Below, piece by piece: positions 10,509 through 21,449 of a DNA stretch of 64,000 nt (position 1 is its first letter; each line of letters begins with the position of its first letter). The notes beneath the pieces were generated by a model that had not been told where the DNA came from, ran no database searches, and saw nothing but the letters and a program-made list of their open reading frames with translations. Origin of the DNA: Bacteroidales bacterium UBA5072 (GTDB taxonomy: Bacteria; Bacteroidota; Bacteroidia; Bacteroidales; UBA10428); assembly GCA_002415855.1 (NCBI GenBank), contig DIAS01000015.1, positions 17,968-81,967 on the forward strand, written 5' to 3'. A program made the translations under genes and the position numbers.

Positions 10509-11972
10509 CTATTTGATAAAGGTCAGGATAATTTCCTTGACCTGTTCCGGACTAATCTTTTTAGCCAGAATCCTCTTATTCTCGTCGAGGATGAAAATCT
10601 GGGGAGTGGTCATAATATCGTACTTCAGCTTGAAGTCATACGAATAAGGGTTCCATGCATTCATCCAACCGTACAGACGGTGCTCGTTCACGAAATTCAC
10701 CCATTTTATCTTCCCGTCTTCCCCAAACAGGGTGCTTATTGCCAGTACTTTAACATCAAGTTGCCGTAAGGTGTCCTCGTAAATCTTATAGAGCTCGGGG
10801 ACTGCCACTTTACAATGTCCGCATTCAGCCTCCCAGAAAATAAGGACAAGATACTTTGCCTTGATCTGTGACAGATTAACTTTGGTACCTACATGGGGAT
10901 ACCGTTGCAAAGCACTATCTGCCAATGCATTCATAAAATGATCCGCAGGTACAACCATTAATTCGACTTCAGGAGCAATCTGGCCAATTAAGAGCGGTTT
11001 GGTTTTATCCACCCGATCCTTCAGTTCAGCGAGGAATTTTTCATCGCTCCACCACGAATCCTTCAGGTAATATTTCTCAGCGAGGTGAACCTGCACGGCA
11101 TCCATCCCCATGATATTACTTTTGGCGTAATAATTGAAGAATGTAATCAGCATGTACCTGAAGACGCTGGAATCGGTACGTGACTTTTCCATGAAATAAT
11201 CAATCTGCCTGATCAGGGAATCAGGAACCTGCGGAATAACCTTGGTCATGTAATTCATGATCTTGTCCTCGTAAAGCGGGGTTCGCAGGAGCCGGGCATC
11301 CGTATAATTAAAATTATCAAAATAGTGATTCCGGTAGTAATAATATTGCCAGGTCGAATCCTTGACCCTGCCGCTTTCGTCCTTGGGAGGATATGGAACA
11401 ACAACATCCAGCGTTGATCTTAAAAAAACAGAAATAAACAATTGCGGGTGTTCTTTTTCAATGGCTTCAATCCGCTCAGTACGGGCATTGTACAATATTC
11501 TGAGCTCATTTCGCAGATTGTTTTTAATATTAATATCATTCTCAGATCTAATAAGATGCGTAATACTATCTGATTTATTAGTTAAAGCAACCATGTACTT
11601 TTGAAAGTCAAGGAATACCTGGTTTTCATCAGATCCTTTTATCCGGATCGATTTCAGAAAATCAGATGTATCGGCCTCCAGTGAAAATACCTGATCATTG
11701 CCTATAACAATGTCAAAGTACCTGGAGCTGGGTAAAAAAACAACGTACATACCCTCCGGGAGCTTTGTTTTCCCATGGAACACACCGGTCCCCTTGCTGT
11801 CGAGGTTTACAGTATCATCCGGGTACATCGATTTGCTCAGGTAGTGCCCCAGTATTACCCGTTTTTCAGCCAATCCGTTGATTTTGATGCTGATATCGTA
11901 ACCCTGGCCTGATGTGAGGGAGGAAAAAATTGCGGTGCAAAACACGATGAAAAAACTTCGCAGAATCACCAT
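10509..11972 (-). CDS. Exported redoxin (DUF4369/DUF5106 plus C-terminal TlpA-like thioredoxin domain)
   Basis: Signal peptide; FWEAECGHC CxxC motif; YDIMTTPQIFILDENKRILAK thioredoxin-fold end. Confidence 0.85.
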   Translation of the reverse strand: MVILRSFFIVFCTAIFSSLTSGQGYDISIKINGLAEKRVILGHYLSKSMYPDDTVNLDSKGTGVFHGKTKLPEGMYVVFLPSSRYFDIVIGNDQVFSLEADTSDFLKSIRIKGSDENQVFLDFQKYMVALTNKSDSITHLIRSENDINIKNNLRNELRILYNARTERIEAIEKEHPQLFISVFLRSTLDVVVPYPPKDESGRVKDSTWQYYYYRNHYFDNFNYTDARLLRTPLYEDKIMNYMTKVIPQVPDSLIRQIDYFMEKSRTDSSVFRYMLITFFNYYAKSNIMGMDAVQVHLAEKYYLKDSWWSDEKFLAELKDRVDKTKPLLIGQIAPEVELMVVPADHFMNALADSALQRYPHVGTKVNLSQIKAKYLVLIFWEAECGHCKVAVPELYKIYEDTLRQLDVKVLAISTLFGEDGKIKWVNFVNEHRLYGWMNAWNPYSYDFKLKYDIMTTPQIFILDENKRILAKKISPEQVKEIILTFIK

Positions 11973-12105
11973 AATGTGAAGAATTATTAGTCAGTTTTGT
12001 TTACAATCGGGCAAAAATAGCTATTAATTGGTGAATATAAAAATTGCCGGATGCCTGTCAGTCAGATTTCCTATATTTGAGAAAAATATCAAATCCGTAC
12101 AGGGT

Positions 12106-13080
12106 ATGTACAGTTTGCAGGATTGTCAGACCATCATCAATAAAAAGTTGGAGGAGCTGCAGCTCCCGGTTGCACCGGGTAATTTATATGAGCCGATCCG
12201 TTACATCCTTGAACTGGAGGCCAAGCGGATCCGACCTGCACTGGTGCTCATGGGGTGCAATGTATATTCGGAGGATATTCAGCCTGCTGTTTTCCCTGCG
12301 CTGGCCATTGAAGTTTTTCACAATTTCACCCTGATGCATGATGACATCATGGACCAGTCGGCCATGCGCAGAAATTCTCCGACCGTGCATGCCAAATGGA
12401 ACCCAAATATTGCCATTCTTTCGGGTGATGCCATGCTCATCAAAGCGTATGAATTGCTTTCAGCCACCCCGGCAAAATACCTCCGCGGCATCCTGCCCGT
12501 TTTTAATCAAACTGCCTTGCAGGTTTGTGAGGGACAACAGTATGATATGGATTTTGAACACAGCTACTCGGTTTCAATTGAAGAATATATCAGGATGGTG
12601 GAATTTAAGACCGCCGTTCTGGTTGCAGCTTCTCTCAAGATCGGTGCGCTTGTAGGCGGTGCCGGAGAAACTGAATCAGCATGTTTGTATGCATTCGGGA
12701 GGAACCTGGGAATTGCTTTTCAGCTGCAGGATGATCTGCTGGATGTATATTCGGATCCCAGTGTCTTTGGAAAAGTATCCGGGAATGATATTGTTTCCAA
12801 CAAGAAAACCATCCTGCTGGTCGAAGCGCTTGATCGTGCCAGGGGAAACAAACGCCGGGAACTTTATCACTGGCTGGGCATGAGTGAATTCAACAGAGAA
12901 GAAAAAATCGCCGCCATCAGGTCCATTTACCAGGACCTGGAACTGGAGAAATCAGCTAATGCCAGAATCAGTTGTTACCATGATCTGGCACTTGCCAATC
13001 TCAACACGCTTACGATAGCTCCTGACAGGAAACGCGAGCTGCTGGCTTTCTCCTCCTACCTGATGAACAGGAAGAAATAA
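12106..13080 (+). CDS. Polyprenyl diphosphate synthase (IspA/GGPPS-like)
   Basis: HDDIMD (first Asp-rich motif) with RR, EGQQYD, FQLQDDLLD (second Asp-rich motif); start moved to ATG 12106 because a TATATTTG promoter element lies at 12072-12079. Confidence 0.92.
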   Translation: MYSLQDCQTIINKKLEELQLPVAPGNLYEPIRYILELEAKRIRPALVLMGCNVYSEDIQPAVFPALAIEVFHNFTLMHDDIMDQSAMRRNSPTVHAKWNPNIAILSGDAMLIKAYELLSATPAKYLRGILPVFNQTALQVCEGQQYDMDFEHSYSVSIEEYIRMVEFKTAVLVAASLKIGALVGGAGETESACLYAFGRNLGIAFQLQDDLLDVYSDPSVFGKVSGNDIVSNKKTILLVEALDRARGNKRRELYHWLGMSEFNREEKIAAIRSIYQDLELEKSANARISCYHDLALANLNTLTIAPDRKRELLAFSSYLMNRKK

Positions 13081-13093
13081 GAACAGGTACTCT

Positions 13094-16000
13094 TTACTGA
13101 ACCTTGGCAGAAAATACAGCATACTGCGCCGAGGTAAGGGAATCAATCTTATTGCTTAGCTCCGACTGATTAAAACTCTTGCTGATGATTGCCAGGTTTT
13201 GCATGACCTGGAAATTATACATGATTTCGTCGTTGATGCTGGAGATAAAGTTCCTGTTCTGATCGAGATAATAAGTCAGTTTCTCATTGCTGAGGTCGGT
13301 TAGTTTTCTGACAAGGGCATTCCCTTTTTCAAACTGGTTGCACTTATAGTAAGCATTGGCAACCTGAATAACAGTATGGTCAAACGGGATCTTTTCATTG
13401 GGGGTTATATCCATGCAACGATCCAGAACGCGGATGGCTTCGGCAGTATCCCCTTTGCTGATCAGATCCTCGGCCAGCTGTATAAATCTATAGCGGATCC
13501 TGACAATAGAGGTCGTCTGAACATGAAAATTATCAAGATATACGGCAGGATCGTTCATCGCACCCCAACGGAATTTATGCATCAGGTTATCATAAAGCCT
13601 GTCACTGCCAATCCGGCCGGCCTCGTAACGGCTATTACCCGGTGATTTGATCGGAACCAGCCTGTAAGCAAACCCATCCAGCTGCATATAGTCTTCCAGT
13701 CCCAAAGTACCTTCATGACCAAGGGAGGCAAAGTAGACCGGCCTTTCCCAGTTGTTGTGGGCAAGTATATCGAGAACTACCAGAGCGCTCTTTCCCATGT
13801 TGTTACGGTTATATTTCCATTCAATGACAGGGACGATCTTGTCGCGATCCTTGGGGGATACGGTGCCATTTTGTATAACCAGTGCCGTGTCCACCGGCAG
13901 CCTGAAGTTCCGCGTGGGTATGAAGTTAAACTTTTCGCCGGAACTTGTTTCTACTTTTGCCTGGGGCAGATCGGAAGTGACAAATTCCATGATGTCCTTC
14001 AGGTCCGCATACTGGGCTGTACGTTCCTGCACAAATATCAGATCTCTTGTGCCGTTGATATATTGATCCGGTCGGAGAGAAATTGGCAGTGTATCAGATT
14101 CATAGGCTTTCCTTTTCATCTGATCAATATGCCAGTCCATGTTTAGCAGCATCAGGTTAACCACCCTCACGTCAGTCCTGATTCCCTCAACTTCCTGCGC
14201 ATACCAGAGCGGAAAGGTATCATTATCGCCTACCGTAAAAAGGATGGCATTTGGTGCGCAAGTGTTCAGATAATCATAGGCTATATCACGGGCGGTATAT
14301 CGTCCTGACCTGTCGTGATCATCCCAGTTTTCGCTGGCCATGATACCCGGAACAAGCAGGAGGCAAATCAGCGAGATCAGCAGGGCGGTAATTCCCTTCC
14401 TGAGTTTTGAGCCCAGGGAGTCATAAATGGCCATTACGCCAAGGCCGATCCATATGGCAAACGCATAGAAGGAACCGGTATAGGCATAATCCCTTTCACG
14501 GGGCTGAACCGGTGTCTGGTTGAGATAAATCACAATGGCCAGACCGGTCAAAACAAACAGCAACATGACTACCCAGAAATTCTTTACATCACGCTGCAGG
14601 TGAAAGATCAAGCCGAACAATCCAAGCAGCAGGGGAAGAAGAAAATAGGTGTTTCTGGAAGGGGTATCCCTGAAACTGTCAGGCATTTTGTCCTCCTTGC
14701 CGATGAGAACCTGGTCTACAATCCTGATCCCGCTGATCCAGTTACCGTTGAGCGGATCGCCATGACCCTGGCTGTCATTCTGCCTGCCTGCAAAATTCCA
14801 CATGAAATATCGGAAATACATGTGACCGACCTGGTAGGTAAAGAAAAACCTCAGGTTACTCAAAAATCCGGGTGGATTTTTGGGTGATTCGTGGTCATAC
14901 AGGATGTTTCCTGCATTATCTCGTACGATGTTGTTTTCTGCATCCCTGCGGGGCTCATACAGCCTGCTTTCCTTAAGACCCGCCCATTCCATATAAACAT
15001 TAATATGTTCGTTGTCACTGCTCCACATTCTGGGAAACAGGGTGGTATAGGCCGGATCGTACTTGTAAGAGAATTTTCGGTTTGTAATCTTATATTTCCC
15101 GTCAACCGGAGAATAAGTGGGTTTCCCTTCCTTAATGGCAACCGGTCTGGCGTTAAAGTACTGACCCTTTATCAGCGGCCGGTCCCCGTATTGTTCACGG
15201 TTGAGGTAGTATTGAAGCGCAAACACGGTTTCAGGATTGTTCTCATCCATTGGAGGATTGGCAAGTGACCGGATAACGATCATGGAAAAGGAAGAATAGC
15301 CGATGAGGATTACCGTAATCATAAGCAAGATGGTATTCAGGATCGTTTTGCCATTCCGGTAAGTCTTCCAGATTCCATATACAAGGCCTCCTATAAGCAG
15401 CACTGCATATATCAGTACGCCGGAGTTAAAGGGCATACCGAAGCCGTTGACAAAAATGAGCTCAAACCTGCAGGCAAGCCATATTACCCCGGGAATGACC
15501 AGGTACATGAAAGCACCAAGCAATAAAACCGATGCTGCCAAGGCCTTGATGACACCCCATGTGGTAACTTCGTATTTCCTGAAATAATAGATCAGCACAA
15601 TGGCCGGAATCGCAAGCAGGTTCAACAGGTGAACGCCTATTGACAGCCCCATCAGGTAGGCGATCAACACCAGCCACCTGTCAGCATATTTTGCGTCGGC
15701 ATCGTTTTCCCATTTTAATACCGCCCAGAATACCACAGCCGTAAAAAGCGATGAACTGGCATATACTTCACCTTCGACGGCTGAAAACCAAAAACTGTCC
15801 GAGAAGGTGAAAGCCATGGCCCCAACAGCACCGCTTCCCAGAATGATAATCTTATCACGCAGGCTTAACTGTTCCGGACCTGCTTTACCGTTTGTCTTTG
15901 CCAGGGGATTCCGGTAATCCGTCAACCGGACCGCCAGGTGGGTAATTGTCCAGAATAAGAACATGACCGTAAAGGCGCTTGCAATAGCTGATGAAGCATT

Positions 16001-16234
16001 GACCATCATCGCTACCTTATCGGTATGATCTCCTGCAAAGAGCGAGAAAAATCTTCCCATGATCATGAAAAGCGGCGCTCCGGGAGGATGACCTACCTGT
16101 AGTTTGAAGGCACTGGATATGAACTCACCACAGTCCCAAAGGCTGACGGTTGGCTCGATGGTTAGCAGATACACTGCGGCGGACAATGAAAAGATGATCC
16201 ATCCGAGAAGGTTGTTGGCAAGCCGGAATTTCAT
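13094..16234 (-). CDS. DUF2723 multi-pass membrane protein (TMEM260/GT117-like GT-C glycosyltransferase) with C-terminal TPR-like region
   Basis: SLWDCGEF, VGHPPGAP, FWFSAVEGEVY, QPRERDYAY, GDNDTFPLWY. Confidence 0.88.
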   Translation of the reverse strand: MKFRLANNLLGWIIFSLSAAVYLLTIEPTVSLWDCGEFISSAFKLQVGHPPGAPLFMIMGRFFSLFAGDHTDKVAMMVNASSAIASAFTVMFLFWTITHLAVRLTDYRNPLAKTNGKAGPEQLSLRDKIIILGSGAVGAMAFTFSDSFWFSAVEGEVYASSSLFTAVVFWAVLKWENDADAKYADRWLVLIAYLMGLSIGVHLLNLLAIPAIVLIYYFRKYEVTTWGVIKALAASVLLLGAFMYLVIPGVIWLACRFELIFVNGFGMPFNSGVLIYAVLLIGGLVYGIWKTYRNGKTILNTILLMITVILIGYSSFSMIVIRSLANPPMDENNPETVFALQYYLNREQYGDRPLIKGQYFNARPVAIKEGKPTYSPVDGKYKITNRKFSYKYDPAYTTLFPRMWSSDNEHINVYMEWAGLKESRLYEPRRDAENNIVRDNAGNILYDHESPKNPPGFLSNLRFFFTYQVGHMYFRYFMWNFAGRQNDSQGHGDPLNGNWISGIRIVDQVLIGKEDKMPDSFRDTPSRNTYFLLPLLLGLFGLIFHLQRDVKNFWVVMLLFVLTGLAIVIYLNQTPVQPRERDYAYTGSFYAFAIWIGLGVMAIYDSLGSKLRKGITALLISLICLLLVPGIMASENWDDHDRSGRYTARDIAYDYLNTCAPNAILFTVGDNDTFPLWYAQEVEGIRTDVRVVNLMLLNMDWHIDQMKRKAYESDTLPISLRPDQYINGTRDLIFVQERTAQYADLKDIMEFVTSDLPQAKVETSSGEKFNFIPTRNFRLPVDTALVIQNGTVSPKDRDKIVPVIEWKYNRNNMGKSALVVLDILAHNNWERPVYFASLGHEGTLGLEDYMQLDGFAYRLVPIKSPGNSRYEAGRIGSDRLYDNLMHKFRWGAMNDPAVYLDNFHVQTTSIVRIRYRFIQLAEDLISKGDTAEAIRVLDRCMDITPNEKIPFDHTVIQVANAYYKCNQFEKGNALVRKLTDLSNEKLTYYLDQNRNFISSINDEIMYNFQVMQNLAIISKSFNQSELSNKIDSLTSAQYAVFSAKVQ

Positions 16235-16373
16235 GCTTTTGAATAATTTTATTGTTAATTTGAAGGTGCAAGTTTTTGAAAAAAAACCAAATTAAAAAGC
16301 GAATATCGCATTAACAATTTTAAGTTCAGCTGAAATGATGTTAATTTAAGCCAATATAATATAAAATGTACTG

Positions 16374-16706
16374 ATGAAAAAGCGGGAAGGCATCGTATAC
16401 TCAACAAATCCGGATTTTGTATTCGATTCAGGGTCAGCAGAGCAGGATATAACCCTGCCTCCTGCACGGCAGCAACTCTATGTTTGGCTTGATTCCAAAG
16501 CCAGAAAAGGTAAAACAGTTACCCTGATCAAGGGTTTTATCGGGAATCCTGCCGACCTGGAAAAGCTGGCAACGGCGCTAAAAAAGTACTGCGGTACCGG
16601 TGGATCTGTCAAAGAAGGAGTGGTAGTAATCCAGGGCAATTTCAGGGAGAAGGTCATGGCTTTTTTGGCAGACAAAGGTTTCAAGGCCAAAAAGGCAGGA
16701 GGTTAG
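16374..16706 (+). CDS. yciH: Translation initiation factor SUI1/YciH family
   Basis: IVYSTNPD, RKGKTVTLI, LKKYCGTGGSVKEG, IQGNFR. Confidence 0.92.
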   Translation: MKKREGIVYSTNPDFVFDSGSAEQDITLPPARQQLYVWLDSKARKGKTVTLIKGFIGNPADLEKLATALKKYCGTGGSVKEGVVVIQGNFREKVMAFLADKGFKAKKAGG

Positions 16707-16722
16707 GCAGTTCAGTTTTGAA

Positions 16723-19095
16723 ATGAAGAAGATACTCCAAGAGCGGATAATTGGCTGGATCAAAAGAAGAAAGTACTGGCTAAGCTGTTGTATTTTACTT
16801 TTTTCCGGATATATTCTGCTAGTGCCGGGAGAACTGTTTGATGATCCGGCCTCCACAGTGATTTTGGATAAAAACGGCCTGTTGCTGGGAGCCAGGGTGG
16901 CAGCGGATGGACAGTGGCGGTTCCCGACAGGTACCCATGTTGCTGAAAAAGTCAAAATAACAACCCTGGCATTTGAAGACAGGTTTTTTTATTATCACCC
17001 GGGGTTCAATCCCGTTTCCCTGTTCAGGGCGGCCAAGTTAAACCTGAAGTACGGCCGGATCGTCAGTGGCGGAAGCACGCTTACTATGCAAACCATCCGG
17101 CTGTCGAGGAAGGATAAACCCAGGTCGGTATGGGAAAAAGCGGTAGAAATTGTCCTGGCCACACGACTGGAGCTGAAATATTCAAAAGATGAAATTCTTT
17201 CCCTGTATGTTTCACATGCACCGTACGGCGGAAATGTTGTAGGCATTGAAACGGCCTCATGGCGTTACTTTGGAACAGGAAGCGACAATTTATCCTGGGC
17301 GGAGGCTGCCACGCTGGCCGTTCTTCCAAATTCACCCGCTCTGGTACATCCGGGAAAAAACAGGGGAATATTGCTCCTTAAACGGAACCAGTTGCTTGAG
17401 CGCATGGCTGAACTGGGCTGGATGGATAGCACCACCCTCCGCCTGTCATTGTTGGAAACCATGCCTGATAAGCCTTTGCCTATGCCCAGAAGCGCGCCAC
17501 ACCTGCTCGACAGGTTTTGTCGCGGTTACGCAGGCAGGATAAGCACCACCACGCTTGACGCCACACTGCAAATACAGGTAAATGATCTGGTGGAACGACA
17601 TCATAAAAAGCTGCAGTACAATGAAATTCATAATGCAGCGGCCATTGTGATCGAGGTTGAAACCGGCAGTGTCAGGGCATACGTAGGAAATTGCGGATAT
17701 CCGGGTGAAAGGACGCACGGGAATGAAGTGGATGTAATATCTTCACCGAGAAGCACAGGTAGCCTGTTAAAGCCCTTGTTATACGCAGCCATGCTGGATG
17801 ATGGCAAGCTGTTACCAGCAAGCCTTGTTCCGGATATTCCGCTTAACCTGAATGGATTTGCCCCGCTTAATTTTGATGGACAGTTCGAAGGTGCTGTGTC
17901 TGCCAACAGGGCGCTCTCAAGATCGCTCAATGTCCCGGCTGTTTTAATGCTGAGAGCTTATGGTGTGGAACGCTTTCACAACCTTATCAGGACACTGGGC
18001 ATGAGAACAGTGAACCGGACAGCAGACCATTATGGACTTGCACTAATTCTGGGAGGGGCTGAAGGAAGTCTCGAAGAAATGACCAATATCTATGCCGCCT
18101 TGTCGCGGGTGTTGAAACATTATGGCGCAACTGGACAGTATTATCGGTCAGATTACAGGCCACCTGACTATATTGCCGGCGTGGAACATATCACGGGACC
18201 AGGCGGTACGGAACCTTTCGGATTTAACGCCTCTTCGGTATGGTATGCATACAATGCCATGGAAGAAGTTAACCGACCTGAAGAGGAGGCAGGGTGGAAA
18301 CAATACAGTTCATCTCGGAAGATTGCATGGAAAACAGGCACGAGTTTTGGATATCGCGATGGCTGGGCAATTGGAACATCCCCCGATTATGTTGTCGGGG
18401 TCTGGGTGGGAAATGCCGATGGTGAAGGGAGACCAGGACTCACCGGGATAGCAGCAGCAGCTCCTTTGCTCTTCGATATTTTCGGATTACTTCCGGCTTC
18501 GGGGTGGTTCAGTCCGCCTGCCGACGAACTGAAGGTTGCTGTTGTATGTAAAACCAGCGGTTACCTGGCCGGTCCCAATTGTCCGGAACCAGATACCGTG
18601 CAGATTCCGCTGAATGGGCTTAAATCACCGCCCTGTCCCTTTCACCGGTTGGTCCATTTAAATGCAGCCATGGATCTCAGGGTGAGCAGTGATTGTTACC
18701 CGGTTGACAGTATGGTTCACATACCCTGGTTTGTCCTTCCCCCAATCCAGGAATGGTATTTTAAAAAACGTCACAGCGATTACCTCAGCCTGCCTCCTTA
18801 CAAAATAGGATGCGAGCCCTTCAGCAGAAAATCCATGGACCTGGTTTATCCGCGGGAGGAAATCAAAGTCTATATTCCGGTGGAACTCAGCGGAAACAGG
18901 GGAAGGGTCATTTTTGAGGCGGTGCACAACAATCCCGATGCTGTAATTTACTGGCACCTGGATGACCAGTTTATTGCGGCTACCAGAAACATTCACCAGG
19001 TAGAGCTTTTACCGTCACCCGGGAAACATGTGCTAACGCTGGTGGATGATGCCGGTGAAGAGTTGATCAGGAAATTTCAGGCCGTTGAACCCTGA
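16723..19095 (+). CDS. pbpC: Penicillin-binding protein 1C
   Basis: DGQWRFP, EDRFFYYHPG, SGGSTLTMQ (transglycosylase); GSLLKP, SLN, KTGTSFG (transpeptidase); C-terminal Ig-like domain. Confidence 0.95.
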   Translation: MKKILQERIIGWIKRRKYWLSCCILLFSGYILLVPGELFDDPASTVILDKNGLLLGARVAADGQWRFPTGTHVAEKVKITTLAFEDRFFYYHPGFNPVSLFRAAKLNLKYGRIVSGGSTLTMQTIRLSRKDKPRSVWEKAVEIVLATRLELKYSKDEILSLYVSHAPYGGNVVGIETASWRYFGTGSDNLSWAEAATLAVLPNSPALVHPGKNRGILLLKRNQLLERMAELGWMDSTTLRLSLLETMPDKPLPMPRSAPHLLDRFCRGYAGRISTTTLDATLQIQVNDLVERHHKKLQYNEIHNAAAIVIEVETGSVRAYVGNCGYPGERTHGNEVDVISSPRSTGSLLKPLLYAAMLDDGKLLPASLVPDIPLNLNGFAPLNFDGQFEGAVSANRALSRSLNVPAVLMLRAYGVERFHNLIRTLGMRTVNRTADHYGLALILGGAEGSLEEMTNIYAALSRVLKHYGATGQYYRSDYRPPDYIAGVEHITGPGGTEPFGFNASSVWYAYNAMEEVNRPEEEAGWKQYSSSRKIAWKTGTSFGYRDGWAIGTSPDYVVGVWVGNADGEGRPGLTGIAAAAPLLFDIFGLLPASGWFSPPADELKVAVVCKTSGYLAGPNCPEPDTVQIPLNGLKSPPCPFHRLVHLNAAMDLRVSSDCYPVDSMVHIPWFVLPPIQEWYFKKRHSDYLSLPPYKIGCEPFSRKSMDLVYPREEIKVYIPVELSGNRGRVIFEAVHNNPDAVIYWHLDDQFIAATRNIHQVELLPSPGKHVLTLVDDAGEELIRKFQAVEP

Positions 19096-19585
19096 TATAG
19101 CGCCAGGGCTTGCTTTTCCATGGTTCCCCGGCATATGCAATACCAAAACGCGGTGTTTGAATAAAATCAGGTTTTTCCAATCCGTTTTCTATCCATATGC
19201 GTCCGGATGTGGATAAATCTTCCCCGTAAAATGTCCGGTCGATTCCCAGGGCTTTCGTAAGCTTTCCCGGTCCGTTGATCCCCTGCAGGCCACGTATGAG
19301 TATAGCCTGGGGATGATTTTCGGGACCGGTGACAACGTTAAGCATCCAGTACATCCCATAAATGAGGTATACGTACACCAAACCACCGCGTGCAAACATA
19401 ATGCTGTTTCTCGTGGTTCTGCCAAAACGGGCATGGGAGGCCTGATCTTCAATGCCACTGTAGGCTTCAACTTCTGTGATGAGGTGACGATGGATGCCAA
19501 TGCTTTTTCTGACAAGGATTTTACCAACCATGTCGGGAGCTACCTGAAGCACATCTCGTTCAAAGAATTCACGGGTAAGCCGCAT
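19067..19585 (-). CDS. mpg: 3-methyladenine DNA glycosylase (MPG/AAG family)
   Basis: ITEVEAY, YVYLIYGMYW, GPGKLTKALGI, PRFGI; 3' end overlaps pbpC by 29 nt. Confidence 0.93.
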   Translation of the reverse strand: MRLTREFFERDVLQVAPDMVGKILVRKSIGIHRHLITEVEAYSGIEDQASHARFGRTTRNSIMFARGGLVYVYLIYGMYWMLNVVTGPENHPQAILIRGLQGINGPGKLTKALGIDRTFYGEDLSTSGRIWIENGLEKPDFIQTPRFGIAYAGEPWKSKPWRYIRVQRPEIS

Positions 19586-19598
19586 GGCACGGAGGTAC

Positions 19599-20651
19599 CT
19601 ATAATATCAACATGGCATCGCCATAAGTACCGAAGTGATATTTTTCCTTGATGGCAACCTTGTAGGACTCAAAGAGAAGTTCATAGCCTGCAAAGGCTGA
19701 AACCATCATCAACAAGGTGGATAAAGGAAGATGGAAATTCGATATCATGCGTGTCGGGACACTGAATTCATAGGGAGGGAAGATGAATTTGTTAGTCCAT
19801 CCGTCATAGGGTTTGAGGTGTCCGGCGGTGGAAACAGAACTTTCGAGCGTGCGAAGAACAGTTGTACCCACGGCACAAACATGCTTATGGGCATCCTTGG
19901 CGGCATTTACAATATTGGCGGCCTCTTCCGTAATGATGATCCGCTCCGAGTCCATTTTATGTTTCGTCAGGTCTTCTACATCTACGGTTCTGAAATTACC
20001 CAGGCCGACATGCAAGGTTATTTCGGCAAAATGTGATCCTTTGATCTCAAGACGTTTAAGTAATTCCCGGCTGAAATGCAAACCTGCCGTAGGTGCAGCA
20101 ACTGCCCCTTCATGCTTGGCAAATATGGTCTGGTACCTGTCACGGTCTTCAGGTTGTACGGCTCTTTTGATGAATTTGGGCAATGGCGTTTCCCCCAGCT
20201 TGAACAAGGTCTTCTTGAATTCATCATAGTCGCCGTCGAACAAAAAGCGAAGCGTGCGTCCCCTGGAAGTGGTATTATCAATCACCTCAGCAACCAGCGT
20301 CTCATCATCATCGCCGAAATAAAGCTTATTCCCGATCCTGATCTTCCTGGCCGGATCTACCAGCACATCCCATAACCTTTGTTCACGATTCAGCTCACGC
20401 AGCAGAAAAACCTCAATCTCGGCGCCGGTCTTTTCCTTATTGCCATACAACCTGGCAGGGAATACCTTGGTATTGTTCACAACAAGTACATCTCCTTCAC
20501 CAAAGTAATCGATTACATCCCTGAAAACCTTGTGTTCAATTTTGCCCGTTGTGCGGTCTACAATCATGAGTTTTGATTCGTCACGCTTGTCAGCCGGGAA
20601 TTTGGCAATCAGATCATCCGGAAGATTGTATTTATACTGCGAAAGTTTCAT
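19599..20651 (-). CDS. queA: S-adenosylmethionine:tRNA ribosyltransferase-isomerase
   Basis: [45 protein letters not shown]. Confidence 0.97.
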   Translation of the reverse strand: MKLSQYKYNLPDDLIAKFPADKRDESKLMIVDRTTGKIEHKVFRDVIDYFGEGDVLVVNNTKVFPARLYGNKEKTGAEIEVFLLRELNREQRLWDVLVDPARKIRIGNKLYFGDDDETLVAEVIDNTTSRGRTLRFLFDGDYDEFKKTLFKLGETPLPKFIKRAVQPEDRDRYQTIFAKHEGAVAAPTAGLHFSRELLKRLEIKGSHFAEITLHVGLGNFRTVDVEDLTKHKMDSERIIITEEAANIVNAAKDAHKHVCAVGTTVLRTLESSVSTAGHLKPYDGWTNKFIFPPYEFSVPTRMISNFHLPLSTLLMMVSAFAGYELLFESYKVAIKEKYHFGTYGDAMLIL

Positions 20652-20714
20652 AGTACTTAAATGATGAAGAATGTATCAAATAAACCAAATATATACGCAA
20701 AGCAGAAAAAAAGG

Positions 20715-21419
20715 TTACAAAAAAACTAAATTTCTTTCAAATTCTTCGATACTTAAAGCATCCTTTAATAAAAAATCTCCTGTAGCTGTCCTTACAAGTC
20801 CTGTCAGATGAGCCCCCGAGCCCAGTCCTGATCCTATATCCCGGGCTAATGACCGGATATAGGTTCCCTTGCTGCAAACAACACGAATTTCGATATCCGG
20901 GAGATTAAAAGCAACTAGAGAAATCTCATGAACCGTTATGTCTCTTGGAGGCAGGACAGGCTGTTCACCTTTCCGTGCCAGCTTATAAGCCCTTGTGCCA
21001 TTAACAAATTTGGCCGAATAACTGGGAGGCACCTGAGACTGAATCCCGCCAAATCCTGCCAGAACACTTTCAACATCCTGTTTACGGATGTTCCCGTAAG
21101 GATAATGGTTATCGATTTCTGTCTCCAGGTCAAAGGACGGAGTGGTTGCACCAAGCCTGATACGGGCAAGATACTCCTTGGGCTGCGCCTGGTATTTGTC
21201 AATGTTCCTGGTTTCTTTTCCCGTACATAAAATCATCAGACCGGTGGCCAGTGGATCAAGGGTTCCGGCATGCCCGATTTTCAGCTTCTTCAGGTTAAGC
21301 CTGTACCGGAGGATGTTCTTTACTTTGTTCACCAGATCGAAGGAGGTCCAGTACAGGGGTTTGTTGAAAAGCAGTACTTTACCCATAGAGAAACTCTCCG
21401 ACAATGCATTGATTTCCAT
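20715..21419 (-). CDS. truB: tRNA pseudouridine(55) synthase
   Basis: KIGHAGTLDPLATG, VPPSYSAK, CSKGTYIRSLARD. Confidence 0.97.
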   Translation of the reverse strand: MEINALSESFSMGKVLLFNKPLYWTSFDLVNKVKNILRYRLNLKKLKIGHAGTLDPLATGLMILCTGKETRNIDKYQAQPKEYLARIRLGATTPSFDLETEIDNHYPYGNIRKQDVESVLAGFGGIQSQVPPSYSAKFVNGTRAYKLARKGEQPVLPPRDITVHEISLVAFNLPDIEIRVVCSKGTYIRSLARDIGSGLGSGAHLTGLVRTATGDFLLKDALSIEEFERNLVFL

Positions 21420-21449
21420 ATTTTCGTCTCAGAGAATGGTGCAGATTTG

